NCBI GenBank assembly: GCA_964016885.1
Contig: OZ024740.1
Location: 300,824,001-300,888,000 of the forward strand
DNA length: 64,000 nt
From: Eledone cirrhosa
Lineage: Eukaryota
Reading direction: 5' to 3'
Position 1 is the first letter of the stretch. Every line of letters begins with the position of its first letter. Made by a program: the position numbers and the translations under genes. Positions 13,320-30,399 of the stretch are shown here, piece by piece. A model generated the notes under the pieces. That model was not told where the DNA came from. It worked only from the letters and a program-made list of their open reading frames with translations, and ran no database searches.

Positions 13320-13323
<4 letters not shown>
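8871..13323. repeat. 310-bp tandem array of hammerhead-containing monomers (putative non-LTR retrozyme) with an orientation switch at 10182
   Basis: Left arm units start at 8871, 9181, 9491 and 9801, plus a partial from 10111 (HHR on minus). Right arm has 10 full units from 10182 to 13280 plus 43 bp (HHR on plus). Copies are near-identical and flanked by (TA)n on both sides. Confidence 0.95.
10330..10372 (+). ncRNA. Minimal type I hammerhead ribozyme (one per 310-bp unit, 14 copies)
   Basis: GUAGUC-CUGAUGA-U UUCUA AC UAGAA U-GAAA-CGCG-UA|GAUUAC. Stem I is 6 bp, stem II 5 bp, stem III palindromic (ACGCGU). Predicted cleavage after A10366. Enclosed by a perfect 16-bp stem (10306-10321 with 10379-10394). 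Confidence 0.9.
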
Positions 13324-13416
<93 letters not shown>

Positions 13417-13780
13417 CATATATGTAAATATATGTGTGTAGTTTTATAATTGTATATGTGGGGATGTAATTTTCTGTTATTATATCTTCTGTCGATAAAA
13501 TTATGTAGCAGTGATGCACTGGGATAATTTCTGGCCCTGTGACAAAATAGAAACAATTATATCTTCCACCAAATATCGTTTCGTATAAATTTTTTATTTT
13601 ATTATTTTTCGTTGATTTTTCCTTATTTATAGTTTTTAATTTTATCTATATTTTATCATATACATATATTGTTTTACGTTAATATTTTATGTGTACGTAT
13701 GCATGTATATATATGACGAACATATGTACTTTACGTGTGTGTTTGTAGACGTATGTGTGTACATATATAGTTATGTATAT

Positions 13781-13819
<39 letters not shown>

Positions 13820-14355
13820 GTATGTATCTATGCATGTAAAGGCAAAGGAGCTCTTAAGAGTCAATGGCCATCCAAAATTACCGGGAGAGATGACCCCTTA
13901 GCCTTTGTTAAGGCAGAATTCTAGGAGAAGGAAAACTCTGATATAACACCTGCAAACCTGATGGTATCCAATGATGTTGACTTGTTCTTCTTTTTGATAA
14001 ATATCATCTTGGTTAAGAGAGTGGGACTGGCTTTGTGCAGTGCTTTTGCTCACTATAAAAGCTTCACGGCACAGGCATTGCTTTATATCTGGAGATCTCT
14101 CTGCACTTGTCGACACATGGTACCATGGGCCCAGCACTATGTGTCAATAATTGTCACAAGTGTAGTGTTTATACCAGAGTTTTCAAGTCGCTGGCTGGAC
14201 TAAAAAGTCACACTCGTTCAGCGCATCGGTAGGGGTTCTCCTACATGGATATAAAGTAGTGACCGTACTCGAAAACGAGTTGGCAGCCACCATATATACA
14301 TACATATATATATGTATATACATACGCATATATATATATATATATATATATATAA

Positions 14356-14452
<97 letters not shown>

Positions 14453-14489
14453 TAGATAGATATATAGATATATATATATCACAGAGAGA

Positions 14490-17400
14490 AAGAGAATCAG
14501 TCATGAGACGAATAGAATGTATTGGACATATTACAATCATTTCTCTGGCGACCAGCTCGAGGCACCATCGATGTGATGATCGCAAGCTCCTCAGATACGC
14601 CTTCAATTTACGAAGCAGATTTTCCTGTGTCCTTTTACGATATACTTCGCCTGTCGGCTTAGATCCTGTTGTTGTCATTCTATCAGGGGTACAACCGAAA
14701 ACCGGTCGGAGAACAACCGTATTTGAGGGGCTTGGCCTGCTCAGCCCGACGTGCAGTAGAACCTGGGTTAGTCGGAGACTGCACCAGGTTGCGGCTGCAG
14801 AAAGTGTCGGTGCAAGTACCATCCCAGACGAGGAGTTTGCCTCCGCGGAACGGGAACATGGTCATGCCATCTGGCCTTTTGCCGTCCACTCCGCCCATCC
14901 CCCGGCTGGAGCTGGGAAGGGAAGCTCGCAGCGTCTAAGCGATGCTTTACGACCCCTTTGAGGGCAGCATGGCGTGGAAGGCGGCCGGCACTGTGGCGAC
15001 AGGAAAGCGGGTGGAGGCCGAAAGTGTCCACGGTGGTTCGGCAGAGACATTGATGTGGCTCGTAGATTCGGAGGCCGAGTCTCAAAGAAACGCCGATGCG
15101 CAGGCTTTTGCTGTCTAGCTGCGTGCCAGCGGAGAGGAGGGAAGGACATGGAGGCAGGAAACATGTGGGGTTTTGAGGCGGCACAAAAGCAGGCAAGGCG
15201 CTGGTCGAGCTGGCGCCTTATGCCTGTCTGAGGCCTGGCTGCACTGGATGGCATCCCGATTGCTTTGGATAGACTTGACTTCAACAGGGGGAGAAGAAGG
15301 AGGGACGTCTACTGGGCTAAGTCCCAGCGGACCCCCGTCTCACAGGCGGCCTCACGTCTCTGAACACAGAGGGTTTTATTGTGTTTTGAAGAGCCCTGCT
15401 AACGAGGACGCAGCATGAGGTTACCGACGAAAGATACGCCGGCACCGCCAGCGAGATCGGGCACCGGAGGCAGAAGCCGCCATACCTGACAGGTAAAGTG
15501 GCCTGTTGCCATCCAATGTCATCAAGCTTAAAGTTGCATATCTCCTCAAATGCTGCTCGGATACAATTATCGAGGTCAGCGAGGAGAGATGTGTGGGTGT
15601 AGCACAGAGCGCTGCGAAGGGTATAGAGGAGCTTCGGCATGCCGAAGCAGTTCCTCAACAGAAAAATTGCTGGGTGGCAATCGAGCAAGCCCAGTCGGCT
15701 CGTGAGAGTCTAGAGTTCTTGAAGCCTGGACCCGAGAGTGGAGCGGATTGCCGGCGGGTGGATCGGTGACCCGAGGATGAGGACATCCGTTTTGGGGGTC
15801 ACCTGTACCTGGTGGAGAATGGACAGCACGACCGAGACGGAGGCTGCAAAGCTCTCAGCATCGTGGCTGCCATTCACGACCTCCGACTTGGCCGAGTTCA
15901 CCTGGAGGCTGATTCCCGCAAAGGCAGGAACCACCGATTGTCGGTCATGGCAAAGAGTCTGTACGGGCGCGCGCAACGTAGCATCACCCAGATACCAAAC
16001 GTTGAGAGGGGCGTGATACTCCGGGCGATGTGGTCTATACCAAGGGAAAATAGGAGGAGTCCCAATGAGTCGCCTTGTTCGACCCCAGTAGCCGAAGGTA
16101 TGACCGTATCAGCAGCAAGGAAAATGCTCGGGGCGCCATACGACAGGTAGGCCAGCGAGTAGGCAGAGGGGGCTTGGCTAAAGCAGGCATCGAGCAAATG
16201 GTCCCGGCGCAACAGTTGAAGGCATTCTTCATATCAACCTTGTCAATGAGGTGACTGGAGTCCCTGGGTGATGGTTCCGGTGGGCAACTGTTGAAGAACT
16301 GCCTGATTGCATGTGCGGCCCCTCACAGCCACCGGACACGCCGACACGCAGTTGCACCGGACACTGACTCCTCACCCAGTTCTGGTGTTATAGACCTGCA
16401 GACCACCTTGGCAGCCAGCTTCCGGAAGACATTGCCCACAGCGATGGGGCGTACGCCACCCTCTTTCTTCCTGAGAGCGGTGAGGCTAGCGTAGGGTCCA
16501 GGGTGCCATGGATGAGCCTATTGGTGAGCGCCACAATTGCACTCAGAAGGCAGAGCCTGGCGTCAGTGGAGAGGGGGATAGCAACTCCTTGAGGTGGCCT
16601 GGTCGGAGACCATCAGCACCTACGCTCTTGCTAGCTGAGAAGGACTTGATGGCAGCCATGATGTCTGCGTCGGAAGCCACAAGGAGCAAGTTGGAGTTGG
16701 GTGGGGGTATGAGTCTGACATCAGCGGGTGGCTAATGGTGTTTGAGTCGCAGGCTAGCCAGGCCCTCCTCGGTGGTTGGAGCAGAGTGTCCTCTGAGGCA
16801 ACCACTCTGACTGCGGCCGAGATATCACCCATGATTAGTTTAGGATATACGCGGTCACGCAAACACTTAGCGCTGGCTTCAGGGGTGGAGGATTGGGGGT
16901 ACCCGAGGGTGGGGTGTGCGGCGTCCCTGGTCACGCTTGGAATGGGCGTTTGCCCAAAGGACGAAACATTGTCCTTGACGAAGGCTGCTGTCGACCGAGC
17001 TGGGGAGGCCGAGGGCGAGTGTGGCGAAATAAAAGAATCGCTCCCAGTCGCTGGCTCGATTGAAGTCCGGGGCGCTCTCAATCGAGGAAGCGAGGGCATC
17101 GATTACCAGCACGCGGGCCGCTTTGGGGATCCTTAGTGAGATCTTCCGGAGCCGCGTGACCGGAGAAATGTTGACCAGCGACGCTTGGCAAGCTGTCTGT
17201 CTCATCTGGTGGTGTGCCATACGGCCGTGGCTGGGCAGACGAGGGGAAGAGGCAGTTCCTGCATCTCCATGCTGCGAGGGCACTGGAAGTTCGACGCTTC
17301 AAGCACACAAGTGAGGTGGTGTAAGCAGACGGACCCCGAACAGTTCCGACTCCTCTTCCGTCCGTTAGTGGTGCTGCAAGTGCTGCAGGTGTCGGATTGG

Positions 17401-17720
17401 CGGGATGGGGATGGGGCGTGGGCCCGGGGACTGGGGCATCGCGCAGCATCAGGGATGAGTGCTTGGTGTGTGTGGGTAGAAGGGAAAGTGCTGGTAAGGG
17501 GGCCTCATAGCTCACCTAGATCAGATATAGAGGCGTCAGAGGACAAGAGAGAAAAGAAGGGGTGCATGGAGGTGGACACACAAGAAGGTAGAATGTTAGC
17601 AAATGAATGAGTGAATGGATGAATGTACAAAAAAAAACCCCAAAAAATCAAATGCGGGGGGAAGAGAGAAAACGGGATTGTTCCCAGCGGAAAGACCCAG
17701 AGTTCAGCACGAACACATGC
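14490..17720 (-). mobile_element. CRE-clade non-LTR retrotransposon (RT plus restriction-like endonuclease), decayed
   Basis: GVRPIAVGNVFRKLAAK, DMKNAFN, GVEQGDSLGLLLFSLGI, QATLPVRYGG, LRLG, a CxC..D.FG.H.L.C knuckle and RPDGMT..LVWDGTC (RLE). GC-rich, frameshifted, with the 3' side next to (TA)n/(GA)n. Confidence 0.85.
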
Positions 17721-19198
17721 GAGCTTGTTAGCAGTTTCTCATGGGATCTTGTGACTGAGGATGAGTCATTATGTCGGAATTACTACTGTAGTAGGTAAGA
17801 GGTTGTATGGTTGAACTGCTGGTGGCACTTCAACGTTTTCACTGTCCTGTCTTTAGGCGCCCTCTTCTACATCGATCGCGTACACAGTCGCAACTGTATT
17901 GTATACGACGATCACCGTAAATAATGCTTAGAGGGAAATTTTAAATCAAATTAGAAACATATTAGAAAAATACCAGAAAATTATCCAGCATAACATTTTA
18001 AGAGCCCAGCCTCAGAATTCCTTAAAACATACATATTTCAAAAAGAAAAAAAACTCTGTACAAAGAATGTTTTTAAATGAATGCTTGGAACAGCTTTTCA
18101 AAAAAAGTTATTTCGAATGAATTTTTGATAAATATACACATATCTACACTCAGACACTGCACAGGGAAGAGTGTAAAGTTGAGACGCTGCACATATATAC
18201 ACAGATGAAAAAAAGAAATATCTACACATAGGCCATACCATCACACAGACATCTTCATACAATTACATCCACCCAGACATGTGCATATACGTGCGCATGC
18301 ATATCTGCGTGGATACACATACATACATATCGAGGGCGGATACTTGATGAATACACTTCCATCCGTATACACACGCGCAGCTGTGCACAAGGTGCACATA
18401 GTATTATATGGGACAACGTTCTTGAGGCTTCGACCCAACCCGATCATGTGGCGATATAAGCCCGAAAGTGCATGCACAATATGCATAAATGTTATAGCCG
18501 CATAGTAACCTTGCGCTAATAACATATAACTTGGGTGGTACATATATATATAAAAAAATGCCTGTATGTACATAAAATAAAATAATATAAAACAATATAA
18601 TATAAAATAGAATAAAATAAAATAAATTGCTGGAAAAAGGAATGCAGAGGGGTCCGGACATTATTGGGGTGTGCATAAAGTTGCATAAAATCTTGAGGGC
18701 TGTGGTGCATATGGTTATATAATATACATGGGGACTAGTGATCTAAGGTCCTGGGTAAGAGTCTGCACATGATGCAGGTCTCATGGCTGGTGGACACATG
18801 GGGACCTTGTGTGCGTACACAAACAAGTTATATATATTGTGGATGTGTATAACACCCATTTCATAATAGTATATATGAGATGTACATGTAGTGGATGTAT
18901 ACATGAAATAAATATGTTGTGTGTTTCATAGCAGTATATATGAAATGTACGTGGAATGTATGCATGATTGGAATGTGCCAGCAGCTTGTGTTGTAGGAGT
19001 GTATATATCAACGGCAGGCAAAGTTAAAATTAACTGCGACATTAACCTTAAGACCAGCATCTAAGCAGCAAATTAGACACCACCAATCGAAGATCGAAAA
19101 CCAAAGATTGGAAATCTAAAAATTTGGGAATTTACAACCACACATAGTGTTGTAGACCAAATCAGACATACATTGAGTCGGCGTCGGCAAATTGGTGC

Positions 19199-19247
<49 letters not shown>

Positions 19248-19284
19248 AATTGTGTATATATGTATATATGTGTACGTATGTTAA

Positions 19285-19339
<55 letters not shown>

Positions 19340-19796
19340 GTGTGTATATGTTTGATGCGGTTATATAATTGTGTAAGAGTCTATTTGGTTGGACGTATAG
19401 ATGCGCTCGTGAAATTTGATGTGTATCTACATTTATGTAAAACTGAATGTGTTTTTTCGTTATTTTAACCCAGCCTCAATTTTATTTTTAATAGATACTA
19501 GACCACCCGTGACCGTTGGGGCGCGTTCACTTCAAAACATTATAAAGAATCATGTTCACTTAAAAATAATTTTAAATAATTAAAATATACACAAACATGT
19601 TTATAATGTGAAATGAAACTGGAAGGCCCATATATATACGTGTGTGTATGTAAATATATAAATGTGTGTGCTTGTATACATATATATATATATATATATA
19701 TATATGCGTGTATATATATATATGTGGGTGTATGTGAACTATATGCGCTGGTCACAGACACACACACATACACACATATAAATATATACACACACA

Positions 19797-19855
<59 letters not shown>

Positions 19856-20668
19856 CAGAATAATCAAAACTATGTTCAAAACATTTTATTGCTGACAATC
19901 GTTTCTTCCAAATTTTCGTTTGGAATGATCGGAGCACTAGCAAAGTTAAGACGTTGAATTAACCTCCTATTCCACAGAACAATCGTAAATATGCGTAGAT
20001 GTTAGTGTTGTCGCAAACAGTGTCATATTTAAAGAGAGAAGATAATGTGGTCAGTATCAGTGGATGCGATAAATATTATAAAGGAATAATACAACAATTA
20101 TAGAGGAATTAAAGAGGAAAGTTACTCGCAACACGATGACATTAGCGGTTCATTTGCAAACGTATAGAAAGAGTACAGAGGTATTAGGCATGTACAGCAT
20201 AACCAGGTAAGAAACAAGCAATGATACTAAGCATATACATCACAGTATGGCAAAGGTATCTCATAATACAATACAGGTATAAACGTATATATTATTATAT
20301 ATATACGTTTATATCAGCTCATCACTCTACTTAACTCCTTTTTTTCTCTAACTTTATACTATACAATAACTATTTATAATAAATTCAAAGCTAACACCAT
20401 TTAATATAACCACTATAGCTTGGTTATATTATACTGAGTAATGTATAGATAATAATATGATGAGACACTTAATGTAGTATAGAAAAATAAATTATATTTA
20501 TAATTAAATATATAAATCAATAGCATTATATATATATGGGATTCACTTATGACATAATTTAATGAATATTAATAGCACAAGAGATTCAACTAATTAGACC
20601 AGTAAACAAATATACATTTTTAATTTAACTTTCCTATACTTTATTATGTAATGAATAGATAACAATAT

Positions 20669-20859
20669 TATTGTTTCTACGTTAGGCACAAGGCCAGTAA
20701 TAACCAGTGCATTACTGGTACTTTATTTTATCGACCCCGTAAGGATGAAAGGCAAAGTTAACCTCGCCGGGATTTGAACTTAGAATGGCAAGGGCCGTAA
20801 CTCTATACGTCAAAGCATGGTGTCCGACCCTCTACCAATACTGCCAATCCACCGCCCTT
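20669..20859 (-). mobile_element. tRNA-derived SINE
   Basis: A-box-like TGGCAGTATTGG and B-box-like AGTTCAAATCC on minus. 14-bp TSD ATAGATAACAATAT at 20655-20668 and 20860-20873. Confidence 0.85.
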
Positions 20860-21769
20860 ATAGATAACAATATAATGAGATCTGTATGTATTATAGGAAA
20901 ATAGATTCTATTCAAAATTAAATATAAACTAATAGCATTATATAAAAGGGATTCACTTGTAATATAATGTATCTCAACACAAAGATTTTAGCAGATTGGA
21001 GCTGTACACATCTTTACATTTTTCTCATTTTTCTAATTCCTATCATATACAATGTAATCGCTAGTTACCTCCCTTTTCGTATTAGCTACCCTTTATATAG
21101 ATCAAACTCACTTCTGGAAATTAAACTGTTAGTAAAATCACTCCACAGAAACTTGAAACCCTGATAGCAATATCATAGGACCGGTGTACAATTAAAAACA
21201 TTCACTAAAATAAAACATAGCCAATGTAATGGAAAAAAAAATAACATTGATACTCTCAGCACATATACATTTGAACATTACACAAACAACAGTCACACTA
21301 CATCCACCATAAAAACATAGTTTTACTACAAAAACAGCTTTTCCTGATATGCATATTTCATGTGATACCTTTGCCTTGCAAAAAAGTATATATGCCTAAT
21401 AGCATTGTTTATTTTCTTCATGACTAATGCATTTGCACTCTCTTATAACTAATGCATTTGCACTCTCTTAACGCTTGCATATGAACTTCTAGTGTCCTCG
21501 TTTTACGAGTATCTTTCTATCTTAATGCCTCTTTAATTGTTATACTATTCCCTTATAATCTCTGTCGCTTGCATTCTACACTGTACATTTATAATTTTTA
21601 ATTTTTAATTTTTAATTTGTAATTTGTAATTTTAATTATTGTACTCTTGTAATCTATGTCTCATCCATTTCACCTTGTAAATACGAAACTGTTGACAACA
21701 TTAATTTCCATGTATCTATATGATTGTTCAGTTGAATAGGAGGTTAATTATATGTACAAACATTGCTAC

Positions 21770-21816
21770 TGCTCCGATGAATCCAAACACTAGTTTGGAA
21801 GAAACGATTGTCAGCA
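21770..21816 (+). ncRNA. Minimal type I hammerhead motif (CCGAUGA variant)
   Basis: UGCU-CCGAUGA-A UCCAAAC ACUA GUUUGGA A-GAAA-CGAUUG-UC|AGCA, with a 7-bp stem II and a 4-bp stem I. Confidence 0.7.
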
Positions 21817-21945
21817 ATAACAAGATTTGAACATAGCTTTGATTATTGTGCAATTTATATTCGGTCTCTGTAAAACACCTTATGCATTTACATTGAGCTA
21901 TTTTTTCTTACTGATAATAAGGTAGCAATAAATTACTGACCTTTC

Positions 21946-22075
<130 letters not shown>

Positions 22076-22090
22076 TTATTTATTTATTTA

Positions 22091-25816
<3,726 letters not shown>

Positions 25817-26100
25817 AATTACTCTCTCTATATATATTATAAAACCACAGAACGTCCATCTCAACTCTACTTTTGAAAAGTAGAAGAACTGCGAAACCAG
25901 TAAAGGAACCAAATAAATACATATGTTTTTTTTAAAAATAAGACTGCAGTTGCATTTTCAATTTCATCTTTTTTTCTTCATACATTCACTCGTGTAGAAC
26001 ACCTGGGTTATTTTTCATTTTGTAAAAAAAACATCATTTTCTAATATATATATATATGCATATATATATACATATCTGTATATATCTCTCTATATATATA

Positions 26101-27206
26101 TATGAGAGACGTAAAATAAGAAAATTTTAAAATTAACTTACTTACTAAAATATCACTTCCAACTAATTAGTTTCTGAAATAGAATAAATATATTTTCCGT
26201 AGAAGACAGAGAGAATCATTTCGTCGTCAGGGAAGACTATTCTCATCTAAGTATCCAGGTAAAGCGGGAACTCTGGAAACTTATTCAAAAATAATTCAGT
26301 GGATAGAAAATAGCAAAGCGTGGACTGAATGTCTAGCCATTGAGAAAATCACTGCCTCTGCGTCGGTGGCAAATTTAAAAAGAATCAATCACGTGACATC
26401 GAGGTCAATCAGTGGAAAGTGGTTTGCTAATAAGACAGCGGCCTGCCTGCTACCATAGCAGCAGTCGTGGCCAATATTGCTCGACAAATAATTTAGAGAT
26501 AATTATAAAGAATTAATATCTAGTAACATATATATATACATACATAATTTTCTTATTTTATGTCTCTCATATTATTGTTCTGCAACCCCATGCATTGAAC
26601 CACAAAGTTACTAAGACAAAACCTATATATTTGCTAGCATTGATATGCATCTGTATGTATATATATGTTACTAGATATTAATTCTTTATAATTATCTCCA
26701 AATTATTTGTCGAGCAATATTGGCCACGACTGCTGCTATGGTAGCAGGCAGGCCGCTGTCTTATTAGCAAACCACTTTTGACTGATTGACCTCGATGTCA
26801 CGTGATTGATTCTTTTTGAATTTGCCACCGACGCAGAGGCAGTGATTTTCTCAATGGCTAGGAATTCAGTCCACGCTTTGCTATTTTCTATCCACTGAAT
26901 TATTTTTAAATAAGTTTCCAGAGACCCGCTTTGCCTGGATACTTAGATGAGAATAGTCTTCCCTGATGACGAAATCATTCTCCATGTTTTCTTCGGAAAA
27001 TATATTTATTCCATTTCAGAAACTAATTAGTTGGAAGTGATATTTTAGTAAGTTAATTTTATAATTTTCTTATTTTACGTCTCTCATATTATTGTTCTGC
27101 GACCCCATGCATTGAACCACAAAGTTACTAAGACAAAACCTATATATTTGCTAGCATTGATATGCATCTGTATGTATATATATTTTACTAGATATTAATT
27201 CTTTAT

Positions 27207-27207
<1 letters not shown>
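26101..27207. repeat. 517-bp unit element: inverted arm plus 1.3 tandem units between TA tracts
   Basis: 26101-26544 is the reverse complement of about 26650-27088. ATAATTTTCTTATTTT recurs at 26544 and 27061. Confidence 0.85.
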
Positions 27208-27245
<38 letters not shown>

Positions 27246-27246
<1 letters not shown>

Positions 27247-27960
27247 TGTTATGCTTTGGGAGGGTCATGTTGCCAATAAGAAATACACGCACCAGTTGCT
27301 TGCACTCAAAATTTATTATACATTTCCGGTTGGTTGGTTCCATAACCGGACGGTTGTTCATATATTGTCAAAGTTATTTCGTCACACATTATGTGACCTC
27401 TTCTGTGACTGGGGATTCTTTTTTGGGGTTTGTGCGTTTCTTTGTTCTGTCCCACGCCATCTTGTTTTTTGTGTGTGTTTCTATCTGTGTATGTGTTTTC
27501 ATTTTGTCCTTAATTGTAAGTTGTGATGTTGCTATTCCATTCATGTTTTCTATTTAATTTTGGTTGGAGTTCATTTATGTTTATTGCCTCTGTGATTTGT
27601 CTAAACATTGCGTCTTTTCTGTTTGTAAATTCTATTTTTATTTCTCTGTTCTCTAATTTGCCCTTATGTTCTAATTTAGCATGTTGGTGGAGTATTGGTG
27701 AATTTTGTTTATCTTGAAGTTCTCGCCAGTGTTCATTTAACCGTTCTCCTATACTAAGAGCTGTCTCACCCATGTACACCCTATTCTTATCTGTACATTG
27801 TCCTTCAGTACATCTTATGCTATATACTAAATTTCTAGCTTTACAGTCAATATGGGGGCTTAGTTTACAGATTACGCATTTCTTATCTATACAGGGGGTC
27901 TTTGAAAAGGGTATGTATTGCTAAGAAGTGTCTTTATGGAGGTACCCGGTCTTTCTACTA
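27246..27960 (-). pseudogene. PLE GIY-YIG endonuclease 3' fragment (inverted arm)
   Basis: C..C finger, then LVYSIRC...VYMGET, ERLNEH and RQITEAI...PKLNRKHEW. Downstream sequence is related to about 59890-59925. Confidence 0.8.
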
Positions 27961-28931
27961 TCTTAATATTAAGTTTAGGTTTAAGCTGTTGGTGGAAATA
28001 GAAATAGAAACAACACAACTAACAATAACAATAGCAATAGTACACATGAAGCAGCAGCCTGGAATTCTACTTTTTATAATCCTTCCGATATGTCCTTCAA
28101 CCTACGACGAGTCCACCCCAGGACTTTAGCTTTTAACAAACGCACACAATTGCCGTCGCAGGTCGATGAACAAACAGAAGCACAATTTAGTATAGCTAGA
28201 TCTAGACTTAGTAATATAGAACAGTATAGCAAGAAGCAAAATAGAATGGAGGCCCAGCAACTGGGAGAAAAATCTGTCAATGGCTTGCGTAAGCTGATGC
28301 AGCGCTCGCATAATGGAGAGATTGTATGCTTTCCAACAGACAAGTCTGGCAGAATGTCGGTTTACAGTCTGTCAAACTACATCCAGGCAATGCAAACCCA
28401 CATCACTAACACAAGAGAAGTTACACCACAAGAGCTTGAAGATAGGGAGACAAATCTCCATGCCCATATGATGATGTGGACAAACATAATGCAGCCGAAT
28501 AAAAGGATTGCCAACAACTCCCAGGCCTGGAACAATGACGTGCCAGCGTTGCATGGGCTTTGAAAAGACCATAAGACGAACAGTGACCCTGTCACAGGAC
28601 CACCAACACGGCCAGTCTGTGGAGCTAACATTGCTAGTAACTACAGACTTTCATACTTCCTCTCCCTAATCTTACGCCCCATCATTGAAATGTCCCCAGA
28701 TATATTAGACAGCACGGAGGACCTCCTCAGCAGAATCAGCGAAAATAACCGATTTGGGGACCTAACAGACTGTATAATAGGTAGTATGGATGCTGTGTCC
28801 CTATATCCATCCATTGACGTGGATTATTCTGTGGACAAATGCGTAGAAATGATCAGTGAGAGCAATGTTGAATTCCATAGGATTGATACCAGTGAGCTGG
28901 GACTCCTACTTAAACTTACCTATAGTAATAA
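27961..28931 (+). pseudogene. PLE reverse transcriptase fragment (non-Naiad type)
   Basis: PTDKSGRM, LHGL*KDHK, PTRPVCGA, STEDLL and SMDAVSLYPSID. Cut at 28931 by a Helitron 3' end. Confidence 0.8.
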
Positions 28932-30000
28932 CTAGCAGATTTACCCGGCGTTGCTCGGGGTTTGAAATTATGATAAGAATATACAGCTAGGAAGTAAAAG
29001 AAGAACAGTATTTGTCCCTAACCTGTCAAAATAAGCAGAAGTCCTCAATAATTAATGCAAACGAATATTTAGTGCAATCTGTGTACACATAAAACTATGC
29101 TGACAATGAAGGAAAACACTGAACAGGATGTAGTTATACAAATGATTAAAGACAATACACGTTGCAAATCTGTAAAAAAACAGGCAGTTTTGCTAAAGTA
29201 CAAAAAGTTAGAGTTGTATACAAACAAAAAAAAACAATGAGAGTAGACTAAGAGAAAATCTATTCTTTGAGAGCATCCTTTGCTGTGTATGGTTAAATTT
29301 TTAACTTATAATCCAAAATATCCTGCATGACATATTCATTGGTGTGTTTTGTAATGAGTAAGGTGAAGTCAAGGCAGAGCTGTAATAAGTTTTTTTGTTA
29401 AAACTAAAGCACTTCAGGATAGACGATATTCTTTGTTTTTCTTTTCGGAACAAACGTAAAGAGATTATCTCGACTGCCAACTCGTGAGCAGGCAACGTAG
29501 AATTGTCCGTGCGAAAAGCAAGGTTCATCCAAGTGAATTCCAGCGACGGACAGAGTTTGAACTTGCGACTTGTTTATGGACATAGCAAAGGCAACACGAA
29601 GGGGAAATTGGGTTCGCCGAACGGAGAAGGGACTATCCACGCCTGATGTAGTCAGGCTAATTTTTGTTATTATCACATCCTCGCGTTTTCCTCATCCGAA
29701 TAGAATGGTAGCGTCAATACTAAGTGGAGACAGATTTTTAACCACATGGCGTATACCATTGCATAGTTTTGGAGGAGTGATATTTCTCAGCAAAATAACT
29801 GGTGTGTTGCCTCTTTCAGAACCAATGTATTAGGAGGTAAACAAGGAGGATTTAAAAATTTAGAATTTCAACTGGATAATTGACCGCATCCTGTGGATCA
29901 CATACAGTATCAATAGATTTATATATCGGTGGACATCCAGGAAGAAGCTGAAGAAGCTGATCGTTAATACAGCTAACCGTGATGCGAAAATTAACACTTA
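28932..30000 (-). mobile_element. Helitron 3' portion with the Pif1 helicase C-terminus
   Basis: Terminal CTAG at 28932-28935 with hairpin CCCGAGCAACGCCGGG. Motifs ILLRNITPPKLCNG, RRTQFPLRVAFAMSINKSQ and FSHGQFYVACSRV. Confidence 0.9.
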
Positions 30001-30253
30001 ATATAGTGAAACAAGTTAAAACAACAAGTGTTTTTTTTAACTTTGAAAGTTAGCTTTCCCCTGTGTTGTTTACTTGTCTCACTCGCCTTACGCGTTTTAA
30101 TTGTCCTAATAACTTATTTTAGTTATTATTGCACCAACGTGAGGTATATGATTCTTAATGCAATGATATACCAATGACTGTTGGCAAATCACTGATGAGG
30201 GACTCATTTTATAACATGTTATCCATGTGCAACCATGCAGTATTCTTCTCCCC

Positions 30254-30356
<103 letters not shown>

Positions 30357-30399
30357 TTATATATATACATACATATATATATATATCTGTTATATCCAA

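Noticed and set aside
8871-13323. CRISPR array or simple centromeric satellite
   Set aside because: No unique spacers, no cas genes and a eukaryotic context. The intact HHR and hairpin-rich monomer fit a retrozyme better.
20669-20859. tRNA genes suggested by A/B boxes
   Set aside because: No cloverleaf. Multiple copies with TSDs identify them as SINEs.
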